Shown: positions 9,068 to 18,135 of the stretch, piece by piece | Layout of the letters: each line of letters begins with the position of its first letter | Numbering within the stretch: the stretch's first letter is position 1 | Assembly: GCA_041612215.1 (NCBI GenBank) | Contig: JBFJJO010000001.1 | Span: 1-56,759 of the forward strand | Direction: 5' to 3' | Origin: Methylophaga sp. | GTDB taxonomy: Bacteria; Pseudomonadota; Gammaproteobacteria; Nitrosococcales; Methylophagaceae | Length of the DNA: 56,759 nucleotides | Notes under the pieces: generated by a model | What the model saw: only the letters and a program-made list of their open reading frames with translations | What the model was told of the DNA's origin: nothing | Databases searched by the model: none | Program-made: the position numbers and the translations under genes

Positions 9068-10990
9068 CTAGTATTTAACAAAGTCCTCATCATCATCCAT
9101 ATCCAGCTCAACACCATTAGACGATTTGTCATGTCGTTTTTGATTTACTGGATTCGCCTGTTGTTTGATCACACCTTGTTTTCTGGATGGCATCTGCCGT
9201 GATGATTCTATGGTTGCATCATCTGTTCTCATCAACATTGAAATCGAACCCTGCAGTGATTTGGTCTGATGTGACAGTTCCTCGGATGTGCCAGCCAGCT
9301 CCTCAGCGGCGGCAGCTGACTGTTGTACTACCTGATCCAATTGTTGAATGGCCTTATTAATTTCACTTGCACCCGTATCTTGTTCCCGTGAAGCAGCAGA
9401 AATTTCCTGCACCAGTTCAGATGTCTTTTTAATATTTGGAACCAGTTGTTTCAGCATCTCGCCTGCTTTCTCTGAAATACTGAGACTAGAGTTAGATCGC
9501 TCAACAATTTCGGCTGCTGCTTTCTGGCTTCGTTCAGCAAGCTTGCGTACCTCAGCGGCTACTACGGTAAAACCTTTGCCATGCTCACCTGCTCTGGCCG
9601 CCTCAATGGCAGCATTCAGCGCCAGTAAATTCGTTTGTCTTGAAATTTCTTCGATAATTGCGATTTTTTCAGAAATATCTTTCATCGCAAGCACCGCTTC
9701 GCCGACAGCTTTGCCACTTTCTTCGGCATCTTCAGCCGATTTACGGGCAATCTGTTCGGTTTGCTGGGCGTTTTCGGCACTATGAGAAATATTGGCCGAC
9801 ATTTCTTCCATAGATGAAGACACTTGTTCTAGTGATGCCGCTTGCTCCGTTGAGCCTTCGGCAATAGATTGCGCAGCCTCACTGGTTTCGCCACTGCCGG
9901 AATCAACAAAGTCAACTGATTGCTTCACTTCTCTGACAATGCGTTTAAGCTGATACAACATGAACCCGACCGCCAAAAAGACTATGATCAATGAAGCAAT
10001 GGATAGGCCAATTAAAAAATTCCTGGCATTCGCATACAGTTCATCGGTTTCTAATTGCGCTGCGCTCAGGTCATCTCGACTTGTTTGAAGAATGACGGCT
10101 AATTTATCTTCAGCGTTATCCAAAAGCTGTCGACTTTTTGAAGCTGATAAGTCAGTTGCCAACTGATTGCCATTTTCTAATGAAGTTTCTCTGACTTTTC
10201 TATGTAGGGCATAGTATTTGTCAAAGGCTTGTTCAAAACGATTAACTGTATCGCGATATTGATAAGCAATTTTTGATTTCAACTCATCTAATCGTTGATT
10301 CAAATCTTGTTCGACTATATCAAGCGCCTCGGCAATGCTGGCCATTTCAGCTTGTGTCGAGGCTAAGATAATGTCCTTCTCACCACGCTGAATTTCAATG
10401 AGGTTACGACCAATCTGACTGGTTAACATGATAATGTCTGATTGCGCCACGGCAATGTCAAAGGTCGAAGCCTGCTGAATGTCTCGCTCAGCACTATCTG
10501 TCAATGATTCAATAAGGCTTATTGCTTCATCTATTGCAGCCTGTGCCTCATTTTTACTTAAAGCCTCAGCTCTGACATTTGAGTTTAAACGAGCAAGTCT
10601 GCGAATCTCTTGGCTAGACTCAGTATAGTCATCCCAGATGCTGCTGAAATCGTTTAAAGTAGGCTTATCGTCAGCAGGGATTAGCGCCATCAACTTGACA
10701 ATGTCTTCGTCTAGTAGCTTATTACGCTCATCCATTTCCGAGGCATAGTTATCCATATCTTGTTGGCTGCTGGCCAAAATAAGGTTTTTTTCGCTACGAC
10801 TAATCTCAGTAAGGTTATTCGACAAATCCTTAGCGAGTGAGAGACGCTCAACCGGCCCATCAACTAGCGCATTCAGTTTGTCATTAAGATTAGCTAGTGA
10901 TGCGATACCAATGATATTTGCCGATAATAACAGTAAGAAAAGCACACCAAATGAGATTAGTAACCATGCTCTTAATGTTAGTTTATTCAT
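9068..10990 (-). CDS. Methyl-accepting chemotaxis protein with tandem four-helix-bundle periplasmic sensor
   Basis: TM1, two similar helical repeats (..[10 protein letters not shown].. / ..[10 protein letters not shown]..), TM2, [16 protein letters not shown] methylation helix, [23 protein letters not shown] tip, C-terminal DFVKY. Confidence 0.95.
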   Translation of the reverse strand: MNKLTLRAWLLISFGVLFLLLLSANIIGIASLANLNDKLNALVDGPVERLSLAKDLSNNLTEISRSEKNLILASSQQDMDNYASEMDERNKLLDEDIVKLMALIPADDKPTLNDFSSIWDDYTESSQEIRRLARLNSNVRAEALSKNEAQAAIDEAISLIESLTDSAERDIQQASTFDIAVAQSDIIMLTSQIGRNLIEIQRGEKDIILASTQAEMASIAEALDIVEQDLNQRLDELKSKIAYQYRDTVNRFEQAFDKYYALHRKVRETSLENGNQLATDLSASKSRQLLDNAEDKLAVILQTSRDDLSAAQLETDELYANARNFLIGLSIASLIIVFLAVGFMLYQLKRIVREVKQSVDFVDSGSGETSEAAQSIAEGSTEQAASLEQVSSSMEEMSANISHSAENAQQTEQIARKSAEDAEESGKAVGEAVLAMKDISEKIAIIEEISRQTNLLALNAAIEAARAGEHGKGFTVVAAEVRKLAERSQKAAAEIVERSNSSLSISEKAGEMLKQLVPNIKKTSELVQEISAASREQDTGASEINKAIQQLDQVVQQSAAAAEELAGTSEELSHQTKSLQGSISMLMRTDDATIESSRQMPSRKQGVIKQQANPVNQKRHDKSSNGVELDMDDDEDFVKY

Positions 10991-11054
10991 GTGCTTTCTC
11001 CAGTTCTATCAGTCGTATATAAATTTTTATGTGTCATTAGCCATCACCCCATCA

Positions 11055-13187
11055 TTAATGAGTCGTTCCAGATTGAACCTGTGCAATCAGTTGGTTTACA
11101 TCAATAATCATGGCAACTCCGCCATCCCCAAGGATGGTGGCGCCAGCAAGCCCTGGATACCCCTGATAGAGCTTACCAAGGCTTTTGATGACGGTCTGAT
11201 GCTGTCCAACAACTTCATCGATACAAAAGCCGAACAGTTGATCGCCCGCATTAACCAGCACGATTTGTTCGATATCAGGCGTCTCGCCCCCCACCTCAAA
11301 CCAGTCACGTAAACGGATATATGGGACAAGTTCGTCACGAACACGAATCAGGTGACTGGCTTGACCGTTGGCTACTTGCTTTTGATCATTTAATTTGCTG
11401 TCAGAATTGAGTTCGATGCACTCTTCCACCGCGCTGAGTGGCAAGACATATTTTTCATCTGCAACTGCTACCATCAGTCCTTCAATAATGGCCAGAGTCA
11501 TGGGCAATCTGATTTTGACAGTGGATCCTTGGCCTTTCTGGCTGTCGATAGTGACTTCACCTCTGAGTGACTCGATGGATCTTCTCACCACATCCATGCC
11601 GACACCACGACCCGATACATCGGTCACCGCCTTGGCGGTAGAAAAACCCGGTTCAAATATTAAGTTGTATATTTCTGATTCATTCAGTGATGTATCACTG
11701 GCAATAATGCCTTTTTCGACTGCCTTAGCGCGAAGTTTCTCAGGATCTAGGCCCGCACCATCGTCGGTGATTTTAATCACCACATGCGATTCTTCATGTT
11801 GCGCTGACAGTGTGATGGTGCCTTGTTCTGGCTTTTGAGCTTCTTTGCGTATATTCGGTAACTCAATACCGTGGTCTATACTGTTACGAATGAGATGTAC
11901 CAACGGGTCAGCCAAACGGTCAATAACCATCTTGTCTAACTCAGTTTCAGCGCCCTCAGTCACTAATTTGATTTCTTTGCCCAAATCATTCGAAAGATCT
12001 CTAACTAACCTTCTGAAACGGCTGAAGGTGGTGCCAATTGCCAACATTCTGATATCGAAAGTATTGTCACGTAGGTTCATGCTCAACCTATCCAACTCTT
12101 CAGCGATAGAGAGCAACTTTTCATCTTCATATTCGTGAGAAACCTGATTAATTCTAGCTTGAACAATCACAAGCTCACCAACCAAATCCATTAAAATATC
12201 TAATTTGCTGGTCGGTACTCTGACGGTCGAATCCTGTTCAAGCTGCTGCTTTTTTTGTTTGGTTTCTCTAATGACTTTTTGTTCGGTCAGGGCTGCATTA
12301 ATATGTTCATCATTCACCAATCCGGCATCTTGGAGAATCTTACCCGTTTTGTTTTGCGTTTGAAGTAATGCTTCAATTTTTTCGCGTTTAATGTCACCTC
12401 TTTCTACGAGGATTTCGCCAAGCTGATCATTGTCATAAGCATCAGCATCAATTTCATGAATGGCAACCTGCCAGTCATCTTGAACGAAAATGAACGTATC
12501 TTGAATAGTCGATTTATCGGCAGAGGTTGTTAAGAGCACATCCCATTCCAGATAACACTGTTCAGCATCTAACGCCGATAGTAATGGTAATTCTGTGGTG
12601 TAGGTCGTGACATGCATAGGACCATGTTGATCCAACTCTCTAAATATCGGCAGCATGTCGAAGCCATCAGCAAATGCTGTTACTGAAGGTTTGATGGTAA
12701 TACGCCAAGTGAAAACCTTTTTATTCTCGGTGGCCTTGGAAGTCTCTGGATTGGATGTTGCCTCTGCCGCTGCACTTTGTTCTCCACCGTCAGCCAAAGG
12801 CAATAACGCTTCAGAATCAGGCAATGCCGCATTGAGTTTATTCAATATAACTTGACCGCGTATCGATTGAGCGTTGGTTTGCTGCTCATCATGGAGGAGA
12901 TCCTCGATGTGATCTTTGGCTTCAAGGACAATGCCAATCATTTCAGCATTAATACTGAACGCACCCGAACGAATCCTATCAAATACAGTTTCCAAATGAT
13001 GGGTAAATCCCGAAAGATCATCAAAGCCGAACATACCACCCGCACCCTTGATGGTATGCATTGAGCGAAAGGCTTGGTCAATGAGATCAGGATTGGCTGG
13101 GGATTCTTCCATTTCCAGCAGCGCTTCCTCGAGCGCGACTAGATGCTCTCGAGCTTCAGTTCGAAAGGTATCAAGTGGATCAGTCAT
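11055..13187 (-). CDS. cheA: Chemotaxis histidine kinase
   Basis: Hpt FRSMHTIKG, dimerisation LMDLVGELV, HLIRNSIDHGIE, DDGAGLD, PGFSTA...SGRGVGMDVV, C-terminal CheW domain. Confidence 0.97.
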   Translation of the reverse strand: MTDPLDTFRTEAREHLVALEEALLEMEESPANPDLIDQAFRSMHTIKGAGGMFGFDDLSGFTHHLETVFDRIRSGAFSINAEMIGIVLEAKDHIEDLLHDEQQTNAQSIRGQVILNKLNAALPDSEALLPLADGGEQSAAAEATSNPETSKATENKKVFTWRITIKPSVTAFADGFDMLPIFRELDQHGPMHVTTYTTELPLLSALDAEQCYLEWDVLLTTSADKSTIQDTFIFVQDDWQVAIHEIDADAYDNDQLGEILVERGDIKREKIEALLQTQNKTGKILQDAGLVNDEHINAALTEQKVIRETKQKKQQLEQDSTVRVPTSKLDILMDLVGELVIVQARINQVSHEYEDEKLLSIAEELDRLSMNLRDNTFDIRMLAIGTTFSRFRRLVRDLSNDLGKEIKLVTEGAETELDKMVIDRLADPLVHLIRNSIDHGIELPNIRKEAQKPEQGTITLSAQHEESHVVIKITDDGAGLDPEKLRAKAVEKGIIASDTSLNESEIYNLIFEPGFSTAKAVTDVSGRGVGMDVVRRSIESLRGEVTIDSQKGQGSTVKIRLPMTLAIIEGLMVAVADEKYVLPLSAVEECIELNSDSKLNDQKQVANGQASHLIRVRDELVPYIRLRDWFEVGGETPDIEQIVLVNAGDQLFGFCIDEVVGQHQTVIKSLGKLYQGYPGLAGATILGDGGVAMIIDVNQLIAQVQSGTTH

Positions 13188-13503
13188 GATGACCTTCTCC
13201 GTTTAACTGCGGTATGTGGGCATCTATGCTGAAGAGTTGCAGTTTCTGGGAAACATCTTCACTAACAGCTTTAATGGTGATTTTAGCCGCATTACTCTGA
13301 CAGTTTTTTTTGATACATAGAAGGAGCTGGATACCGGCCGTGTCAATATCATGAAGGTCTTCCAGATCCAACAAAATATCTTGGCTAAAATCTATTTGTT
13401 TCTGATTCAGTTTTTCTGTGAGGTCTGATACCTCAAATATCGTAAGCTCGTCAGAGAACTTAATTGTGGAACCTCTGTTTTGCTTAGTTATCTTTATTGT
13501 CAT
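13180..13503 (-). CDS. STAS-domain protein of the chemosensory operon
   Basis: ELTIFEV, LDLEDLHDIDTAGIQLL. Lies between cheY and cheA. Confidence 0.85.
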   Translation of the reverse strand: MTIKITKQNRGSTIKFSDELTIFEVSDLTEKLNQKQIDFSQDILLDLEDLHDIDTAGIQLLLCIKKNCQSNAAKITIKAVSEDVSQKLQLFSIDAHIPQLNGEGHHD

Positions 13504-13532
13504 AGTAACCAACGAGCCTGATTATGTTTTAT

Positions 13533-13895
13533 TTATGTCAATTTCGATACGGCAGAAAGCAAAATCTCAGGTTTAAATGGCTTGACTAACCAAGCTTTTG
13601 CACCAGCGGCTTGCCCCTTGGCTTTCATTTCCGCACCCGCTTCTGTGGTCAGCATCAAGACTGGGGTGAATTTGTAGTTGGGCAACTGCTTCACTTTTGT
13701 CAGCAGAGTGATGCCATCCATGCCAGGCATATTAACGTCACTGACGATGAGGTGAATTTTCTGGCCATTGAGTTTGGTTAAAGCATCATTGCCATCGCTT
13801 GCTTCGATCACATCGTAACCTGCGGACTTGAGAGTAATGGTGACTACCTGCCTTACTGAGGAGGAGTCATCAACTATCAAGATCGTTTTACTCAT
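13533..13895 (-). CDS. cheY: Single-domain chemotaxis response regulator
   Basis: IVDDS, SDVNMPGMDG, MLTTE, WLVKPF. Confidence 0.95.
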   Translation of the reverse strand: MSKTILIVDDSSSVRQVVTITLKSAGYDVIEASDGNDALTKLNGQKIHLIVSDVNMPGMDGITLLTKVKQLPNYKFTPVLMLTTEAGAEMKAKGQAAGAKAWLVKPFKPEILLSAVSKLT

Positions 13896-13962
13896 TATTT
13901 GCTCCTGTTATGTATTTTTAGTGTTTGAATCACATCAAATAATTAAGTTTGTCGTGTATTCA

Positions 13963-13990
13963 TTATCGGTCGGACGAAGTATTACATTAG
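13963..13990 (-). promoter_or_regulatory. Probable sigma28 (FliA) promoter of the che operon
   Basis: Minus strand reads CTAAT-N15-ACCGATAA against the consensus CTAAA-N15-GCCGATAA, about 70 bp upstream of cheY. Confidence 0.7.
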
Positions 13991-14119
13991 AATTTTTGTG
14001 AACAAAATAGCATTTTTATAATAATGTGTTGCTATTTATGTTTGGGGTTTATAAAAAATAGAAGCTTTAATTCAGAAGAAACAATAGTTTAATTTCCCTT
14101 ATGACTTCGAAAAACCTGT

Positions 14120-15376
14120 TTAATAAATAATCATTGCAAGCGAAACACCAACAACCGCACTGATAACAAGTGGCAGCGAGGTTTTAATCGCCAGCTCACG
14201 TCCGCCAATGACACCGGCCATCAATGCTTTCAGCAGATTATTCATAGCCGCAGCAATCACGCAGCCGAGGACAAATAACTGGCTGCTGATTGACTCCGCC
14301 ATACCGATTAACGACAACACAATGGCATCGACATCAGCAATACCTGTTACTGTCGACAAAATCAGCACGCCGGCATCACCCAACGTTTCCCGCAAAAAAA
14401 CGCCGAGAAACATTACTACTGCTAGCAACAACCCAAACCCCAGTGCAGTGCGAATTTCCAACGGATTCGATATTGCCGAAACAGGCCCGGCAATATGATG
14501 GCTATCACGGTGAAACCAGAATAATGACGGCAGATAAGTCAAAATAGCCATCACCATGATCGGTAACCACAAATCAGGCAGCAGACTACGGTTAATAATG
14601 GCCACCAGAATCAACATGCGGAGATACATGGTGCCGCAGGCAATCAGAATTGCACTGGCGATAACTGAACGGATCTCGCTGGCCTGTTTGCCGAGTTTTG
14701 ATAAGTGCAACGTGACGGCAGTTGATGAGGCCAGCCCGCCAAACAAGCCGGTAAATAAGATACCCCGACGGGCGCCGCCAATTTTCATGGCGAAATAGCC
14801 AACAAACGAAATGCCGGCAATCAGTACCACCATCCACCATATTTTATAGGGATTGAGCACTTGCCAAGGGCCATAACCCTGGTCTGGCAATACGGGAAGC
14901 AAAACCACCGACATCAGTAATAATTGGATGGCGGCTTTTAATTCGCCAGCTTCGAGTTTTCTTATCCAACCATGGAGGATTGGTTTATTACTGAGCAATA
15001 ACACCATGACCACTGCCAGGGACGATGCGATGATAGCTTGCCCCGTTACGGCCAACGCACCTAGCAAATACACCAGAAGCGCTGCGACCAGACTGGTAAT
15101 GCTCCAACTACCCTGACGCATTTGTTTGGCGAGAAAAAAAGCACCCAACAAGATAAACAGACCAATTAGCCCAAGGCCCACTATCAATGAACCAAATTCC
15201 AACGACAATACACCAAGCACGCCGCCCAGCAGACCGATCAGTCCATAAGTGCGCACACCGGCAACACGCTGTCCTTCCTGGCTATCACGTTCCTGCCAGC
15301 CACGCTCAACACCAATCAGTAAGCCTATGGCCAGCGCAACCAGTAATAGATAAAAAGTTGATAACTCGCCGTCCAT
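14120..15376 (-). CDS. MgtC/SapB-family membrane protein with DUF4010
   Basis: IGLLIGVERGW, AGVRTY, LPVLPD..YGPW..LNP, GGLASSTAVT, GIADVDAI. Confidence 0.9.
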   Translation of the reverse strand: MDGELSTFYLLLVALAIGLLIGVERGWQERDSQEGQRVAGVRTYGLIGLLGGVLGVLSLEFGSLIVGLGLIGLFILLGAFFLAKQMRQGSWSITSLVAALLVYLLGALAVTGQAIIASSLAVVMVLLLSNKPILHGWIRKLEAGELKAAIQLLLMSVVLLPVLPDQGYGPWQVLNPYKIWWMVVLIAGISFVGYFAMKIGGARRGILFTGLFGGLASSTAVTLHLSKLGKQASEIRSVIASAILIACGTMYLRMLILVAIINRSLLPDLWLPIMVMAILTYLPSLFWFHRDSHHIAGPVSAISNPLEIRTALGFGLLLAVVMFLGVFLRETLGDAGVLILSTVTGIADVDAIVLSLIGMAESISSQLFVLGCVIAAAMNNLLKALMAGVIGGRELAIKTSLPLVISAVVGVSLAMIIY

Positions 15377-15416
15377 AAAAAAATCCAGCAGTATTTTTTA
15401 TTATCCTGCTGGATTT
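15377..15416 (-). terminator. Possible intrinsic terminator after the glutathione peroxidase gene
   Basis: 11-bp stem AAATCCAGCAG/CTGCTGGATTT running into a T tract on the minus strand. Confidence 0.5.
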
Positions 15417-15459
15417 AAGGCGGCCAAGCAATGCTTAGCACGTCATGTTGTCATGAATC

Positions 15460-15996
15460 TTACAGCAATGATTCAATGGCTTTGGTGAGCTCGGCGCTTT
15501 CAGGTGACACTTTGCTGGGAAACGCTGCAACCACTTTGCCTTCAGGATTGATCAAATACTTACTGAAATTCCAGCCGGGTTCGTTACTTTGCTGATTGAT
15601 TTCCTGAAATACCGGATTGGCACGCTGCCCGGTAACGTAGCTGGGGGCAATCATGGTAAAGGTAACGCCAAAGTTTTCCCGGCAGACACGATTGGCTTCT
15701 TCTTCGGTTTGCGCTTCCTGATTAAAATCATTGCTGGCAAAACCAACCACCATCAGACCTTTATCTTTATATTTTTGATGCAGCGCTTCAAGCCCTTCAA
15801 ACTGCTTGGTATAGCCACAATGACTGGCAGTATTTATCACCAGCAGGGATTTACCAGCTGCGACATCACATAAATTGACGGTATCTTTAGAGTGCAGTTC
15901 TGGCAGTTCATAGTCCAAAAAAGCCGGACACTGGCTTTCTGCATAGCTTGAGATAGATAACAACATTAATACAGCGAAAGCAGAAACACGCATCAT
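15460..15996 (-). CDS. Exported glutathione peroxidase family protein
   Basis: Signal peptide, INTASHCGYT, GFASNDF.QE, PGWNFSKYLI. Confidence 0.92.
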   Translation of the reverse strand: MMRVSAFAVLMLLSISSYAESQCPAFLDYELPELHSKDTVNLCDVAAGKSLLVINTASHCGYTKQFEGLEALHQKYKDKGLMVVGFASNDFNQEAQTEEEANRVCRENFGVTFTMIAPSYVTGQRANPVFQEINQQSNEPGWNFSKYLINPEGKVVAAFPSKVSPESAELTKAIESLL

Positions 15997-16085
15997 CGGT
16001 TCATCTCCATTATTAAATTAAACATTCATAACCTGAAGATGCACTGCTGACTGTGAAAAATATGTCGAGCTATCTTGCATTCAGT

Positions 16086-18098
16086 TCAGATGACCTTGCC
16101 CTGCGTGGTCTCTGTGGGCAGGCGGCTTGCCCCCCAACTTTGGTGCACACGACGAATTACGCTTTGAAGTTCGTCGTCACTGACCAATGCCAACTCACCG
16201 GGCTCTAACGGATCAGAATGAAAAATATATAAGCGTGAAGCAAATTCTTCAAAGGGCAGTGAAGATTCGCCAAAACGCTCGGAATTACCGGCGGTACTGA
16301 CTACCACATCATCTCCCCAGTTCTGGCCGCTATCATTATTCGGGTTGAAGAAATATACCCGCATGACTTTATGTGGATCCAGAGACACCCGAAGAATCGT
16401 GATGGCATGCCAACCAATAAAACGCGATGCACTGTCTGTTGCTGCAATACCGGCTGGCTGGGGATGAATCAGAGGCTGATTACCATTGTAATAAGGATGA
16501 TAACTGGCATAAAAATGCCTTAAGAAATCATCTAACTGAAATAATTGCCCGGTGGTGACATCAACATTAATACTGAAGCCGCGGCCACACCACCAACCAT
16601 GGAATTCAGGGTTTATCCATCGATGTGGATCGCCCTCCCTACCAATACAGCGGCGACCCATTTCGCCATAAATGCGATCCAAATGGGGCACCAGCAATAA
16701 AGACAATGGATCTAAATCCATCGGTAATTCGCTGGCAACACCAGATTGACTGTCTACTGATGATATTGCCTGGCCCTCGAAATGCATAATGACTTCATCA
16801 TCACGTGCCGCCCATACCAACATCTGCAGCAAATAATCCGGATCGTTATATGCCCACATGGAAATTGCTCTGGCCGACTGGCAGGTCGGATTATTGCCCT
16901 GACCAACCCCCAGAGGCTGACCCAAAACACACAACACGCCCTCCATCAGGCGAGCACTGGCCGAAGGCTGTTTGCCATACAAACTTTCCAGACGATGAAC
17001 CGCCATTTCGGACAGCGGCAAAGCCAATTGTCGCCATAGCGCTGGCGCCACTGGTGGTTGATATAAGATGCAACGTTCCAGCATCAAAGCAAGGCCATAG
17101 ACAGATTGCGCTGTTTCCGGATGCACCGCAAAATCAATCAGGGCATGGACCAGATCACTGTAACTGAGTAAACAATCCCGGCCGGTACTGGACAACCCCA
17201 TTGCTTCGGATAAAAGATGATCACTGTGTTGTTCCAAATAGCGAATTAAAAACGCATGGTAAGGTGAAACCAATCCGGTATCGTGCATTGCACGGGCACA
17301 ACCGGTCGCTTCAAATTGCAGGGCGGCAACATCCATGCCTTCCAGCCGTTGCAAATACACCTCAAAGCCCGGGTCTTCCCGGCTCGCCTGTGTCGGACCA
17401 TACAAGCTGCTGATCAACCGATCAGCGCCATGACTGCTATTACCCAAATCAATATCAGGATTTTGCCGGCAAATAGCGATCTGCAGAATCATATGTTTGA
17501 TACTGTCGACCTGAATCGGCCGCTGTTGTAGGATCCGCCAGATTTCATCAATCAGCTGTTCAATGATGTGCTGATAACCGATTTGTTCTGCCAGATGCTG
17601 CAATAAATGCCGGCTTATCTGTCCAAGACGCCCCTGTAACTCACGTTCAGCTTCATCGGCCGGGGTAAATATGCGCTGTAAATTGATAGCCAACACTTGC
17701 GTCAGAAAATGATGTGCCTGCTCTGCCGAAATCCCCGGGTGCAAATAATCCTGCTTGGCAATTGCCAGCATGCGCAGCTGACTCAGTACTTCGATAACCA
17801 GTGAGTCAGCATCGGCACTTTTTAAAGCAGTTGTGCTTAATGCAGGTAGCAAAATCTGCGGCTGATCGTAATCGGAGTTTTTAAATATCCCTGCCGCCTC
17901 AATGTCAGGCACAACAGCCTCAACTAACGCACACCCGTCCGGCATATAAAGAATCCGCCTGACTGTATCAAACACCCGCCTGACTTTAGTTGGCTTGGCG
18001 AAGTCTTGTGCTTTGGCCAGCACTTCGATGGCATCGGTTAATTTAGCGATTAATTGCGCTTGCTGCTCAGTGCTGTTGTCAGTGATTGGTTCAATCAA
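16086..18098 (-). CDS. Uncharacterised 670-aa protein with C-terminal papain-like Cys-His-Asn motifs
   Basis: Long ORF 37 bp downstream of the ATP-grasp gene. Motifs GQGNNPTCQ, GWHAITIL, VYFFNPNN. Confidence 0.75.
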   Translation of the reverse strand: MIEPITDNSTEQQAQLIAKLTDAIEVLAKAQDFAKPTKVRRVFDTVRRILYMPDGCALVEAVVPDIEAAGIFKNSDYDQPQILLPALSTTALKSADADSLVIEVLSQLRMLAIAKQDYLHPGISAEQAHHFLTQVLAINLQRIFTPADEAERELQGRLGQISRHLLQHLAEQIGYQHIIEQLIDEIWRILQQRPIQVDSIKHMILQIAICRQNPDIDLGNSSHGADRLISSLYGPTQASREDPGFEVYLQRLEGMDVAALQFEATGCARAMHDTGLVSPYHAFLIRYLEQHSDHLLSEAMGLSSTGRDCLLSYSDLVHALIDFAVHPETAQSVYGLALMLERCILYQPPVAPALWRQLALPLSEMAVHRLESLYGKQPSASARLMEGVLCVLGQPLGVGQGNNPTCQSARAISMWAYNDPDYLLQMLVWAARDDEVIMHFEGQAISSVDSQSGVASELPMDLDPLSLLLVPHLDRIYGEMGRRCIGREGDPHRWINPEFHGWWCGRGFSINVDVTTGQLFQLDDFLRHFYASYHPYYNGNQPLIHPQPAGIAATDSASRFIGWHAITILRVSLDPHKVMRVYFFNPNNDSGQNWGDDVVVSTAGNSERFGESSLPFEEFASRLYIFHSDPLEPGELALVSDDELQSVIRRVHQSWGASRLPTETTQGKVI

Positions 18099-18135
18099 AC
18101 TGATTCCTTACTTAATTGGCTGGTGCAGATGCTAT

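Noticed and set aside
9348-12138. Long antisense ORFs opposite the MCP and cheA (and similar shadows elsewhere)
   Set aside because: Typical antisense shadow frames of well-supported genes, with no independent motifs.
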